64,000 bases of DNA from NCBI GenBank assembly GCA_951406725.2, contig OX597823.1:91760001-91824000 (forward strand). Reading direction: 5' to 3'. The DNA comes from Octopus vulgaris (lineage: Eukaryota). Under the pieces are notes generated by a model. That model had not been told where the DNA came from. It ran no database searches and saw only the letters and a list, made by a program, of their open reading frames with translations. Shown in pieces: positions 27,558 to 42,191 of the stretch. Every line of letters begins with the position of its first letter. Position 1 is the first letter of the stretch. A program made the translations under genes and the position numbers.

Positions 27558-27630
27558 ACGCCCGTGGGGGAATCGAACACCGGTCTCCTGCGTGACAAGA
27601 GGGGGATGCTTACCTCTTTAATACAAAGGA
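27558..27630 (-). pseudogene. Degenerate tRNA-Asp(GTC) copy
   Basis: Minus strand TCCTTTGTATTAAAGAGGTAAGCATCCCCCTCTTGTCACGCAGGAGACCGGTGTTCGATTCCCCCACGGGCG resembles eukaryotic tRNA-Asp; acceptor, anticodon and T stems are mismatched. Confidence 0.7.
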
Positions 27631-27678
27631 CTGGCTTGCGCCGCCTTAGTAATTTTGACAATAATAATGGTTGCAAAT

Positions 27679-28336
27679 AAGGCGGCGAGCTGGCAGAATC
27701 GTTAGCACGTCGGGCGAAATGCTTAGCGGTATTTCGTCTGTCGTTACGTTCTGAGTTCAAATTCCGCCAAGGTCGACTTTGCCTTTCATCCATTCGGGGT
27801 CGATTAAATAAGTACCAGTTACGCACTGGGTCGATGTAATCGACTTAATACCTATGTCTGTCCTTGTTTGTCCGCTCTGTGTTTAGCCCCTTGTGGGTAA
27901 TAAAGAAATAGGTATTTCGTTTGTGTTTACGCTCTGGGTTCAAATTCCGCCAAGGTCGACTTTGCCTTCCATCCTTTTTGGGGTCGATATATTAAGTACA
28001 AGTTGCGTACTGGGGTCGATCTAATCCTTTTGGCGTCGATAAATTAAGTACCAGTTACGCACTGGGGTCGATATAGTTGACTTAATCCGTTTGTCTGTCC
28101 TCGTTTGTCCCCTCTATGTTTAGCCTCTTGTGGGCAATAAAGAAATAAGAAACGGTTAGCACGCTGGGCGAAATGCTCAGTGGAATTTACGTTCTGAGTT
28201 CAAATTCCGCTGAGGTCGACTTTACCTTTCATCCTTTTTGGGGTCGATGTATTAAGTACTAGTTGCGTACTGGGGTCGATCCAATAGACTGTCCCCCTCC
28301 CCCAAAATTTCGGGCCTTGTGCCTAGAGTGGAAAAG
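27679..28336 (+). mobile_element. SINE family B multimer (about 4 units, partly truncated) with 16-bp TSD
   Basis: aataatggttgcaaat (27663-27678) / aataatggctgcaaat (28337-28352) bracket the whole array. Confidence 0.85.
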
Positions 28337-28354
28337 AATAATGGCTGCAAATTT

Positions 28355-28778
28355 TGGTGCAGGTCCGGTAGTTTTGCGGAAAGGGGCAAGTGGAGTATAT
28401 CGATCCTGGTACACCACTGGTACTTATTTGTATCGACTCTGAACGAATGAAAAGACAACAATTGAACTCGGCGGAATTTGCACCCTAACGCAAAGCCGGA
28501 AGAAAATGCCGCTAACGATTTTACCAGCTCACCGCCTTACCACCACCACCACCACCACCACCACTACTACTACTAATCCTTTCTACAATAGGCACAAGGC
28601 CTAGATTCTGGTTGGGAATGGGGCAATGTTTCACATTTACCCCAGTACTTGACTGGTACTTACTTTAACGAACCCAAAAAGATGAAAGGCAAAATCGACC
28701 TCGGCGGAATTTGAACTCAGAACGTTGCGGCAAAGCATTTTGCCTGGCGTGTTAACGATTCTGCCAGCTCACCGCCTT
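28355..28778 (-). mobile_element. Two older minus-strand SINE B copies
   Basis: ccagctcaccgcctt heads at ~28538 and ~28778 with decayed bodies; another at ~27345-27541. Confidence 0.65.
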
Positions 28779-28794
28779 AATTGTAATAATAATA

Positions 28795-29283
28795 GGTACG
28801 ACCATAAAACCGAAGGCATCATCGAAAATGATAATGCAAAGATCCTATGGGATTTTATAATTCAGCGCAAACATGAGATAGAGAATAGGAAGCCAGACAT
28901 AGTGTTAATTGAGAAAGAGAGCAAACTATGCTAGATCATAGATATAGCATGCTCAGCTGACAACAAGGTATGCGATAAGGAAGAAAGAAAAGTCGAGAGA
29001 TATGACAGTTTGGGAGGTTAAGCAGTTGCGGTCGATGGAAAAGGTAGTAGTAGTAGTAGCAATAATTGTCAGAGCCCTTGGAACAGTGAGCAAAAATCTT
29101 GAGATGTACGTGGAACAAATAGGGGCTGCAATAAGGGTGGAGCACTTGCAGAAAACAGTACTGCTTGGAACCGCTCGAATACTCCGGAAGGTGCTCGAGA
29201 AATAAGAGGAGTTACCTTAGTTCACTTGTAGTGAAAAGCTGACACTGTAGTACATCTCCAGCGTTAGAAGCTGTGCAAAGGCA
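28795..29283 (+). mobile_element. 3' fragment of the second Dong-type lineage
   Basis: Highly similar to 23815-24288, same 3' end agaagctgtgcaaaggca, followed by (TGA)n/(TAA)n. Confidence 0.88.
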
Positions 29284-29313
29284 ATGATGATGATGATGAT
29301 GGTAATAATGATG

Positions 29314-29380
<67 letters not shown>

Positions 29381-29416
29381 TGATGATGATGATGATGATA
29401 ACAATCATAATAAATT

Positions 29417-29972
29417 CCCTGGTGCAGTACCAGGCAGTGTCTCTCATTGTTTTTGATTTTAACTGATTGAAAGTGTTATCATCTCCGTTGTTTAGTCTTG
29501 GTATAAAAGATGGGCAACAACAAATATTCTGCTTAATGCCACAGATTTGTTTGTCAGTTGTTTGACCATAACCAGTTGAGCATTCCCTCGGTGGCTGATG
29601 ATATGTGCATCTTTGATCTTGAACTGAAGTGGTTGGGGAGCATCATAGCCATGTGTTGAGAGGGATTCTCTGGGGTTTGAATAATTCACTTCTATAAACA
29701 TAGCTGTTTTGTTCATCATCCTTAAAACAGACCTTATCCTGGGACCTTTTGACTGGGATGGGCTTCTTGACCTGAAGAAAATTCTAACTGGGCCCCACCT
29801 GCAAGGTCATGCACTGTTTATCTTGATATGAGATCACTATGTCAGGCTCATATGGTTGTGAGGCATGTGCCTGCTGGACCATTATCAGACGGGTTGTCAT
29901 GATGGGTATGCTGGGATTCGTATATTTGTACCCCAGTGTCCCTTTGATGGCATGCACTGCTCTCTCACTGAG
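29417..29972 (+). mobile_element. Family D element, full-length
   Basis: Reverse complement of 14901-15452; ends gcactgctctctcactga then TAA/CAA repeats. Confidence 0.8.
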
Positions 29973-30228
29973 TAATGATAACAACAACAACAACAACAAC
30001 AACAATAACAACAACGTAATAAGACTGGGTGTATATGTCATTGCTTTGATTCACGATTGCCCCGTTTACAAAACGATTTCTTTGCATTATCATTATCATT
30101 CTGCTTTTTGAAACAATGTGAAATTTTCAGGAATAAGTTTTAATTTAGATGACATTAAAACAAGTGGTTTGTGGAAAATTATTATTTAAAAATTTCATAA
30201 CGAGAGATATTCAGCAACAGTACTTTGG

Positions 30229-30524
<296 letters not shown>

Positions 30525-31979
30525 CAAGAAATTTGTATCAAATTCAAATCTGGTCCCTGGAAGGTTGGTATAAAATTTTGTAATTGAATTTTTCTGTATT
30601 ATTTTGGTGAAAAAGAAGGCATTTAACCAGAACGGCAAAAGCAACAACCTCCCCTTCTGTGCTAGCCTTAAATCAACACAGGTATTTGATATATCTGTGT
30701 TGTCCAAAACCATGCCACTGGCCACTCTGACTTATTTCTCTTTGCACATTTTTGCTCAAATTATGCAAATTAGCTTGGCCATAAATGTGCTATGCACTAT
30801 TTCTGTATATCTATGCCTCGTGGCTGCTGGACATACGATAAAACAATTGTTATGCTGATTACGCCTATTGGCACAGAAGCACCTGTTCATGACGATTCAC
30901 TTATCTCCCGACAATAATTCTTTTCTTTAGTGGCATATCAGCTTTGGAGATTACTTGAATCTTGAGATTATCGCCCCTTATCAAGTGGGGATGGTCTTAA
31001 TTAGCATTTGGTAATTATGATACAACTTCTAGAAGCGGAGATAATTCCAATAAATCAAGAATTTATATTGTATGGTATTTGATATACCTATATATGTCTA
31101 TATGTACAAATATCGTGTGAACTTCTAGAGTTATTGACTTTTACCAGAGGCAAGTATTATCTGGCATTATAAGTACTTCACCATTGTCCACTGAAGTGTA
31201 ATAACGTATCACACTAATTTTTTACAGTTAGATGAACGGGGATATTGGACATTGGAGAATGTCTTCAGAGAAAGTTACATAACACTTACACAAGTTCTAA
31301 GAAATCGAAATATAAAGTGAAACATTTATCCTTCGGTAAGTAATGTGTGATTTTTCAGAGTTACGTTGTTTACAGTTAGTTGGACTTGGTAACGAAGTGT
31401 TAGATTGTTATGTGTGAGGGTTGTATATGGTGGCGTTTTGTTAGCTTGGTGAGTGGGGGTAGACAGTGGAGTTTTGTTATCCTGGTGAGTAGGGGCCGGG
31501 CAGGTGAAGTAAGGAAGTCATTGGGAAGAAAACGCTGTACTTCAGTAGTGACAAGATATGAGCTTTCAATCCTCCAGCTAAAAGACTGCCACTTAATTAA
31601 CTTAAACAGCTGTGATTCTCTTTAAATTTTCAATGTACGAAATAATAGCAGTCTTAACAACCATTTAAAGACAATATCTAAGTGAGAACGTTCTAGAGAA
31701 TATATATAAAGATAAAAAAATGAAGAATAAAATATGTATATAAAAAACTACGTAAAATATGAAGTTATAACACAAAGAAGATTTAAGTGAAGGGAGAGGA
31801 AGGAGAGGAAGGAGGTTGGGTGAAGATGTTCACATAGGAAGAAGAAGAAGAATCAGGAGGAGGGAGAAGAGGAAGGGATGGCGTAAAGAGATAGATCGTT
31901 GCGACTAGCTGGAGAGCAGATGGCGCAGAATTGTTGAAAGATGGATGGAAGCAAAAGAATGGAAAACAAAAACAAGAAC

Positions 31980-32016
<37 letters not shown>

Positions 32017-32567
32017 AAACGCAGTAAGCAAACAAAGATATATTAGTAAACCAAGATAAAATAATGTTTGTTCCGTCTATCTTGGCACGTTTTTCGAAAA
32101 TTATATTTTCTAGGGAAGATAATTCAATTAATGAATATGTATGCACACACACACATACACATACACACATTCATACATACATACATACATACATACATAC
32201 ATACATACATACATACATACATGCATACATACATACATACATACGCGTGCGCGCACGTACACAAACGCACACACTTAAATTCTCGCATGCACAACACAAG
32301 AGACAAACTAGATATAAAGACACACACACACACATATAAGTGTCCATTCTCGTGCATATACAGAATTCCCAACACACACACATTCACACACACACACACA
32401 CTCACAATTTTTAACATATTCATCTCCCTCTATATATATGTATAATTAATATATATATATATATACATAGTGTTTACGTACATATATATAAATAGAGATT
32501 TTTCATGTATATTCATATATTTATCTATATCTTTATTTTACTATTTGCATATTATATATATAAGAAG

Positions 32568-32602
<35 letters not shown>

Positions 32603-32858
32603 TACATATGTATATATATATGTATATATATACGTATATATATATGTATATGTGTATATGTATATATATATGCATATATATATGCGTATATATATATAAA
32701 TATATATGCATAAATGTATATATATATACATACACACACATATATACATATATACATACATATATACACACATATATACATACACATACATATATATATA
32801 TATATGTCTGTATACATATATATATACATACTTACATACATACATACATACATACATA

Positions 32859-32889
<31 letters not shown>

Positions 32890-33699
32890 CATACATACAT
32901 ACATAATGTATTGTGTGTAGGTTGGGATGCGTGTCCGGCAATATATTAGCTTTTGTGAATAAGCATCTCCCGGTAAAATCTAAGCGCAAGTACACACGCG
33001 CATCAAACAAACACACACACACAAATACTTGCACACACATACCCACACAGATTTATAATAAATATGCTTGTATATATGTCATGTAAAAGTGTGCTTCCAA
33101 CTTGATGTGTGTTTAATAACTTAAAGTATCTTGTTTTTATATACATTCTTTATAATCATAAATATATACAAAAACACAAACACGCTGTCTTATTAATGCA
33201 TACATAGATATATCAATTTGTGTATATAAATGGGTGTGTGTGTGTTCATGTGTGCGTGTATGTGTGTATGTTTTTATGTGTATTGTGTGTGTGTGCTTGT
33301 GTATGCATGCACGTAAGTATGTTTGTGTAAATCTGCCTGTGAGCGTGTTTGTGTATATATTCTACAGACGGTTTTTTCATATTTAATTTCACCACTACGA
33401 CTACTACTACATCTACTACTGCTACTACTACTACCAGGTACTTGTTTAGGCACACAATGAAGGGATTAGTCGATATCTTCGACCCCCTCCACCCATTATT
33501 TTACTGGTACTCTGTCTATACCGATCCCGAAAGAATTGAATGGTAAAGCCGGAATCGGCGCAATTTGAGCTGTGAATTCTCCAAGTTGGAACAAATGCTG
33601 TAAAACAGTTCTTCCGATGTTCTAACGATTCTGCCAGTTTGCCAAATAAACGAAAGAGAACAACTGGAAGAACAAGCGTGGCTGTATGGCAAGAAGTCC

Positions 33700-34095
33700 A
33701 ATTCCATGACACCGAGCGGAACCTCGGAAGTGGTAAGTATCCAAGCGAGGTGCATACCGCAGGCTGTTCTTCAGGCCATGTGGAGGAATTCGTGGTTCGC
33801 TATCTCAACAGCTCCTTTATGGGATCCAGTGGCTAAAGACATTATCAGGAGGAACCACGTCCGGTTTCAGCATCTACTCTTCTACTGTTTTCGACGTGGC
33901 AGGCTACCCAGCTCCTCTTTCAGAGGTGTCTTCATCTCTGGTGCTGAGCGCGTTTCTTCTTTCTCCTTTTATCTTTGGTTTTTTCCATGTAGCGTCAACG
34001 AGTGTCAACGGGCGACTGACCATCCTGCCAAATTTCCCTTTAAATACTCGTGGGTAGGCGCCAGCAGCCTGCACCAGCTAACTGTCACGTGTTGA
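33700..34095. mobile_element. Dispersed repeat H, possibly LTR-retrotransposon derived
   Basis: Homologous to ~63715-64000; encodes IIRRNHV.(F/L) resembling the Gypsy integrase C-terminal RRN motif. Confidence 0.45.
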
Positions 34096-34617
34096 TTAAC
34101 TGAAAGTTTACATTGTCACATGGCGGTACACATTAACACATGGGAGATTCGAACACAGTGAAACTCATGGATATAAAGTTAACTGAATGCTTATTCACTC
34201 AAACGATTTAGTCGCGTACAAACAACCTGCTTTAATGTAGGAACGTTTTTTCGTGGTTTGGGGCTTTGACTGCTATTTTTAGCATGTCAGAAATCCGCAT
34301 GCTGGGTTTCTCTCCGTGTATATTTCATACACTATTATATTTGAAAATCTTTATGTTTTCCGACTTTTATTACGCATACTAACCACTGGTATAAATTATT
34401 TAATAATTTTCACCCTTGTACAAACACACACACATATATATACATAAATACGATTGGCTTTTTTCAGTTTCCGTCTACCAAATCCACTCATAAGGCTCTG
34501 GTCGGCCCGTGGCTATGCTATAGTAGAAAACAATTGCCCTAGCTGCAACACAGTGGAACTGAAACCCGGAACCATGTGGTTGGGAAGCAAGCTATTTACC
34601 ACACAGCCATTTCTGCG

Positions 34618-34667
<50 letters not shown>

Positions 34668-35478
34668 ATAGAAAAGGATGCGTGGCGTTTGATCATATGA
34701 TAATATAAATAATATATAAATATATACATATATACATACATATATGTACGTACTTACATATATATGTATATGTACATGCATATATGGGTGCAGGATATAA
34801 AAAATGTAGACATAGTGAGAAACGAAAACGTAAAAACAAAAATATAGAAAACGACCTTTTTTTCGAACAACGAAAAGAAACAGAGAAACGAGAATGCAAC
34901 ATAATGAACATTCCCTTCATCAGTTGTCCCCTGTTTTATCTACTCCGCGTATCGAAGGTAAGGAAAATACGCGACTTCGTTAAAATAGTTCTTCCCGTAA
35001 AGCAAATTAAATCAAATTTGGGATGTTTTACGGAGGGTTAAGTGGTAACAAAGACAGAACAGAGAGAACAAGACAGTAAAAGCAAACGGTGAGGGATGTT
35101 AAACCGAGACGATGTGAAGATTATGAACGCAAGAAAAACGGGCTTTGAGAAGAGACAGGTAAAAGCTCGCCTTGTCTTTAGGAAGGAAGTGGAAGAAAGA
35201 AAGATAATTGGCCTTTCGTCACGTGTCAGCAGCGAGAGAGTCAAGAAGGAAGAGTGAGAGAGAGAGAGGGGGGGGAACGGTGAAGGGGAGTGGAGAAGAA
35301 TGGGAAAGGGTGGGAAAGAAAAACAGAAAAGAAGGAGAACAAGAGAGGGAGATAGACAGAGAAGGTATATATATATATGTTTACCTCCCTTTGCAGGTTA
35401 AGGGCACCGTGACGGTGTCGAGCCTTTCTGGTGACGTCGATGTTCGCCTGGGGCTAAATGCACAGTAACACCCCCCCA

Positions 35479-35533
<55 letters not shown>

Positions 35534-35866
35534 GTGTGTATATATATATATGTATATATATACACACACGCACACACACATATACATATATATTTATATT
35601 TATATAAGAGAAAAAGCCAAAGTCGATAAAAAGCTACTGTTATAACTCCTTTTAGCGCCTTTGGCGTCACCTCTTAGCATGCTGGAGAAGATTATTTCCT
35701 GATCCCTTTAATATAATTATATTTATATAATATAATTATTAAATTTTAGTATATAATTTACCTTCAAGGCTTTATCTCATGTTGGCCACTTGATATTATT
35801 AACAGGATTTTATCCTTATTTCTTTTAAGAATAAATAAATAATATAATATAATATAATATAATATA

Positions 35867-35942
<76 letters not shown>

Positions 35943-35945
<3 letters not shown>

Positions 35946-36155
35946 TTAATCCAAACATGAAAGCACAAAAAAACACAACAACGCGAGGACGTGGAACAAA
36001 TATAGTATTATTGGACGCTTAGGAAAGAAGGAAAGAAGGAGGGTTTAACGTTTCGAGTGAAGCTCTTCGTCGGAAACATAGGAGAAAGAAAGATCCAGAG
36101 AAGGGAAGACAGAGGAAAAAAAATCACCAACGGTACACACGCGGTCACATTTTGA
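35943..36155 (-). mobile_element. Penelope-like terminal fragment with minimal hammerhead motif (36043-36077)
   Basis: Minus strand CCGACGA-A-GAG..CTC-GAAACGTTA; embedded in (TA)n. Confidence 0.55.
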
Positions 36156-36185
36156 ATATACATATATATATATATATATGCTGCA

Positions 36186-36518
36186 GAGACCTCATTTGGT
36201 CATGACTGACTATGGGATTGCACCTGCACCTAGAAAGTTACTCTCCCAGGCACAAGTCCGTTCAAGATTGTTTACGGAAGACCAAAAGTCACCCATGCAT
36301 ACCAGCCTCCCTTCTTCACGCCACCATTGTTATCCAAGGGAAAAACAAAGGCTGATACAGCGTGGCACCAGTGACATCGCAATTTCTACCGCTGAATGAA
36401 CTGGAGCAACGTGAAATAAAGTGTCTTGCTCAAGAACACAACAGGCAGCCCGGTCCGGGATTCGAGCTCACAAACTCACGATCGTAATCTCGATGCTCTA
36501 ACCACTGAGCCATGCACC

Positions 36519-36521
<3 letters not shown>
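36186..36521 (-). mobile_element. tRNA-headed SINE family E
   Basis: Minus head TGGCTCAGTGGTTAG, core cttgagcaagacactttatttcacgttgctccag; same family as 42552-42851. Confidence 0.78.
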
Positions 36522-36569
<48 letters not shown>

Positions 36570-36571
<2 letters not shown>

Positions 36572-36709
36572 TGGCTCTGTGGTAAGTAGCTTGCTTACCA
36601 ACCACATGCGTGGCTCCTTGAGCGAGTGTCTTCTACTATAGCCACGGGTCGATCAAAGCCTTGTGAGTGGATTTTGTAGACGGAAACTGAAAGAAGTCCG
36701 TCGTATATG

Positions 36710-36742
<33 letters not shown>

Positions 36743-37150
36743 GTGTGTGTGTGTGTTTGTTTGTGTCTCTGTTTGTCTCTCCACCATCACTTGACAACCG
36801 ATAGCGATAGAATACGTACTAGGCTTACAAAGAATAAGTCCTGGGGTCGATTCGTTCGACTAAAGGCGGTGCTCCAGCATGGCTGCCGTCAAATGACTGA
36901 AACAAGTAAAAGAATAAAAGAATATATATATATGTGTGTGTGTGTTGTCTCCCACCACCACTTGATAACTGGTGTTGTTGTGTTTGCGTCCCCGTAACTT
37001 AGAGGTTCGTCAAATGAAACCGTGATAATAAGTACCTGCGTTTAAAGAAAAAGATATGTCAGTGTTATTGGGGTTGATTTGTTCGACTAAAACCTTTCCA
37101 GACGGCGCTTCAGTATGGTCGCAATCCAATGACTGAAGCAAGTCAAAAAA
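36570..37150 (+). mobile_element. SINE family A copy plus extra 3' half
   Basis: Matches the family A sequence with internal deletions. Confidence 0.72.
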
Positions 37151-38063
37151 AGAAAAAGAAAAAAACAAAGCAAAAACAAAAACGATAAAGATTAATATTT
37201 GTATACCCCATTCTGTACAGCACCACCTACCGGAATTATCTAAATGCATGCCATTAACTGATTTGAGTTATTTCCCTTAACTTATATTTTTTGTTCTAGT
37301 CACGCACATATTTTGCACCGAGAACGGAAGCAACGATGAAATCAATGATAAACAACACCAGCGCCACCGCCACTACCACCAGCACCGCAGCCACCACCAC
37401 CACAACAACAACAACAGCAATAACAATAACAAAAACAACAACAACAATAACAAAAACAACAAAAACAACATTTAATATAATTATAGTAAGAGATTCAAGC
37501 TCAGATCTCGAAGTTACTGGATATTAACCAACGATCAAAACAAACAAAAACAACCATTTTTCAGAAGATGGTTTCTTTGATCGTTTAACAAAATAATTTT
37601 TGTTTCGTTGTCATTTAATTTTTAGTCTTTTTTTATTTCTCTTTTCCAAAAGTTTTCAATTGTGATAAACTTGCTTTGTGTTTATTTATATAAATTTTAT
37701 TCTCTCTCCTTATCTGTCCCTTATTCCGTTCTACGCATCGTTATCTTATACTTACACCCTCTCTACTTTCACTTCCAATCTACTTAATCATTTCACGTAG
37801 TACATTTTCGTTGTCTATATATCGCTGTGGAATCTTCTAGGCAGTTTCGATACAGAAAAAAGGTTTCCTGTGCTCTCCAATTATCTCTCTACACATGCTT
37901 AACAATACTGTGGTTGCTGCTGGTATGTAAACATGTTTTGAAACTGCGATAACTTTTTTCTTATTTCTTCAAAATTGAAACGGTTTTGCGCATTAAGCTA
38001 TGTATATTGCAGTCAAATGGCTGACACGGCAAAACACCTCGCGATATTTATTGTCGCTGTGCA

Positions 38064-38640
38064 AGGCGGCGAGCTGGCAGAATCGTTAGCACGCCAAGCG
38101 AAATGCTTAGCGGCATTTCGTCTGCCGGTACGTTCTGAGTTCAATTTCCACCGAGGCCGACTTAGTTTTCCATCATTTCGGGTTCGATTAAATAAGTACC
38201 AGTTACGCAATTGGGTCGATATAATCGACTTAATCCGTTTGTCCTTGTTTGTCCTCTCTGTGTTTAGCCCCTTGTAGGTAGTAAAGAAATAGAAATAGGT
38301 ATTTCATCTGCCGCTACGTTCTGAGTTCAAATTTCGCCGAGGTCCACTTTGCCTTTCATCCTGTCGGGGTCGATTAAATAAGTACCAGTTACGCACTGGG
38401 GTCGATATAATCGACTTAATCCGTTTGTCTGTCCTTGTTTGTCCTTCTCTGCGTTTAGCACCTTCTGGGTAGTAAAGAAATAGGTATTTCGTCCGTCTTC
38501 ACATTCTGAGTTCAATTTCCACCGAGCTCGACTTAGTTTTTTATCATTTCGGGGTCGATAAAATAAGTACCAATTGAGTAATAGGATTGATGTAATCGAC
38601 CTGTCCCTCCCTCCAAATTGTTGGCCTCGAGCCAAAGTTT
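38064..38640 (+). mobile_element. SINE family B trimer
   Basis: Three units joined at gaaatag|gtatttc; further older B copies at ~38666-38880 and ~38930-39080. Confidence 0.82.
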
Positions 38641-39539
38641 GCACTTATATGTATTGCAGCGATACAAGGCGGCAATCTTGAGGAATGGTTAGCACGCTGG
38701 AGAAGATGCTTACCTATATGTTGTCCCTCTTTTGGTTCTGAGTTCAAATTTCGCCGAGGTCGACTTTGCCTTTCATCCTTTTCAAGGTCGATAAAATAAG
38801 TACCAGTTGCGTATTGGGCATGATCAAATCAACTAACTCCTGCCTCAACAGTTCAGGCCTGGTGCCTTTTGTGCAGAAGATTATATTCAAATTACCATAG
38901 AGTTTGAGTAGTTAAGATTTATTTATATTTCACGTTCTGAGTTTAAATTCCGCCGATGTCGATATTGCCTTTCATCTTTTTCAAGCTCAATAAAGTAAGT
39001 ACCAGTTATACACTGGGGTCGATGAAGTCGACTTACCCTTTCCCCCAAAACTGCTGCCCTTCTGGCAAAATTTGAAATCGATATTTGTTTCTATTTCAAA
39101 AATGTACAACGCAGTCCCGGCTGTGCAGTAAGAAGCTTGCTTCCCAACCACATTGTTCCGGGTTCAGTCCCACTGCGTAGCACCTTGGGTAACTGTCTTC
39201 TGTTATAGCGTCGGGCCGACCAAAGCCTTGTGAGTGGATTTGGTAGTCGGAAGCTGAAAGAAGTAAAATGTAAAAGGTAAGAGCACCTCTCCTTAGATTC
39301 TAAACAGTAGACCAAGTCACTTCATGACACACCGAGGGGAAAGGCCACGGAGATTCCCTTTAACCTGCTAAACCTACCCAACAAGTACTATTCTATATTT
39401 TTGGGATGAAGAATAACGTAGATTATTTACAATAGATGGAAAGGTGTCCTTTTCTTGTTTTTTGTTATCAGAATGTTTCGGCTCCGGTACTCTCCAGCCT
39501 CCATATGCTCACGGCATATAGCGTAGTAGAAAAAAGCGC

Positions 39540-39778
39540 GGGCTACTAAACCTCGAATTCTAAGCTCAATCGCAGGCAGGTACTCGAAAAATAATATCAA
39601 CAGAAAATTAATATCAGCAACATACCTTAGGAATTAGAACAGTTTACCCCATTAATCAAATAAAGGGTTGGGTTCGAAATTCCGCCGAAACACCTGATGA
39701 AGGCTGGAGAGTACATCAGCCGAAACGTTGTGATAACAATAAACAAGATGAGGACAAATATCCGTCAAATGTAAATAA
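39540..39778 (+). mobile_element. Penelope-like terminal fragment with hammerhead motif (39691-39732)
   Basis: cac-CTGATGA-A-GGCTG..CAGCC-GAAACGTT-gtg followed closely by AATAAA. Confidence 0.62.
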
Positions 39779-40089
39779 TCTATCCAGTGAATGCTTATCA
39801 AGAGTCCATGATATCGTAGTGTAGTGGTAGAAACACTGAACCAAAGGAGATAAGAACGGCTCTGATCATAGCTCTGCTTGACCAACGTTGAATTGGGGTT
39901 TAACAACAACAGCAACAATAACAACAGCACTATTAATAACAAGTTGGTACATGATAAAGACAATGGCGCAACGATATGAGAGGCCGATCGATGATACGGA
40001 TATTTCGATCAGTTGCATTCTTGCCAAAAATTTGCTCAAGCAGATCGAGCCATTCATAGTTTTGTCAGTTAAATACAATACTTCCTTTT

Positions 40090-40470
40090 TTTTTATCTCT
40101 TTGCTTGTTTCAGTCATTAGACTGTGGCCATACTGGGGCACCACCTTGAAGAATTTTTAGACGAATAAATTGACCCCTGTACTTATGTTTTGTTGTTAGC
40201 CTTGTAATTTTTTTACCAGTGTCTTTAGCCGAACCGCATAGTTACGGTGATGTAAATACACCGACACAGGTTGCCTCTTGGGGGGGGGGGGACAAACAAA
40301 CACACACACACACACACACACAAGCACGCACGCATGCACGTATGATAGGCTTCTTTCAGTTACCATTTACCAAATTTACTCACAAGACTGGTCGGCTCGA
40401 GGCTGAAGTAGAAGACACTTGCCCAAGGTGCCACGCATAGGGACTGAACTTCTTACCACACAGTCACACC
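40090..40470 (-). mobile_element. SINE family A copy
   Basis: Reverse complement of family A; similar minus copies at ~41135-41492, ~43650-43970, ~45860-46285, ~53880-54210, ~62890-63210. Confidence 0.75.
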
Positions 40471-42142
40471 TACGGCTGATTACACCGGTAGCATAGTGCC
40501 CTTCAGTTTTCGAAGGTCTCGTTCGAATATTTGCAACTACCACCGAGAACTGTACCAGCGGTCGGCTTCACTCGGACTGGTGCCCGCGGATTCCAAGCAC
40601 TCCATGAAGCCCTCCTAGTCCACTGACAATCGGAAAGTCGCCTCGTTCGGCGACCACCCAACCTGTCGTTCGGACGGTAATTTGGAGAATGTTTTATTAC
40701 TCCTTGCATATCTATGGTATATTCATGACATGGAGGAAAACGGTGTGATAGTCATAACGTTGAAGCCATTATTTTTAAAATTGGACTTTGGTTTTTGTGT
40801 TTGTTTTTAGTGAAGTCCTTTCTGTTGTAAGCATTTGAGCTGTGGAAAAAGAAGTCGAGTCACGAATCTCACAGACGGGGATCCACACTTTTCACCGTCA
40901 AAGAATCGCTGAAGATGTCACAGCTTTCACACATACAACTGCCTCATGTCCTACGGGATACCCAGTACAACATGCAGCAGGCTTTGCCAACAAATGGAGA
41001 GCCTCTCCATACACACACACACACACACAAATACACACACACACACATACGCACACACACACACATACACACACACACACCCACATTCACAAATATTTAC
41101 ATATAAATTTAAATATATATACATCGCTTATCTTCGTCTTTTACTTGTTTCAGTCATTGGACTGCAGCCATGGTAAGGGCACCGCATTGCTGGGTTTGGT
41201 GAAACGAATCGACCCCCATGACCTATTTTGTTAGCGTGCTACTTATTCTGTCGGACTCTTTTGCTGAACCACTAAGTTACAGAGACAAAGGAACTAACAC
41301 CGGTTGCTAAGCGGCGGTGGGGTATAAACACATACAAAAACATCACATATATATTGATATACACGCATATATACAACGATATTCTTTCAGTTTCTGTCTA
41401 TCAAATCCACAACCAAGGTTTTGGTAGGCCTGGAGCTATCGTAGACGATACTTGCCCTTAGTTCCACTTAGTGGGACTGAACCCAGAACCATGCGTATGT
41501 ACATATGTATGTATACCTAGTGACACATAGCTGAATCCATCAATTTTTGTGAGTTCAATTCCTGCTGCCACTTTAGCCACAAAATTTCGTACTTTTGCAA
41601 CCGTTCAAAATAAGAATCTATCTCTTAAGTAATATGCGGTGGACTTTTTGTCTTATATTAGATATCCATACATCAATTTCAATATAATAAATATTATTGT
41701 AAGACTCTAGTTAAGTAGAGGACAACTTCTCATTGGACTTTTGTACAAACAAGAAACTCCTTAGACACATCAAGTGAACTCCTCCGCTGTATTCATACTG
41801 TTATTGATAAGCATTGTTTTTGATGTTGTATCAGCCTAAGTAAGCATTTATCAGGCGGTAGACATATGATCAATATCTCGTGTGTACGATTGTTTAATTT
41901 ATATTTTCATTCCTAGCGGATATGAGACTGTATTATCAAAATTGTACTTCTGCACTTTTGTTCTTTTTTTAGAAAAATAACGTTAGGTAAGCTATTGTTT
42001 AAATCTATCATGGCTGCTATTTCTAACGAAGATTCTTTGTGATCGATTCAGATTTTTAGTTCTTACAAAATGCATACATACATACATACATACATACATA
42101 CATACATACATACATACGTATGTATGTATGTTATGTCAGGTC

Positions 42143-42191
<49 letters not shown>

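Noticed and set aside
27679-28336. Tandem SINE B units as a CRISPR-like array
   Set aside because: Units are 150-230 bp with no unique spacers, no cas genes, eukaryotic context.
35397-35464. Plus-strand exon [22 protein letters not shown] after a good acceptor
   Set aside because: Its 3' half resembles the family C motif cctggggctaaat, so it is more likely a repeat fragment.
40516-40677. Plus-strand exon with a UAG rescued by A-to-I editing
   Set aside because: All three plus frames contain stops; no homology or structure supports recoding.
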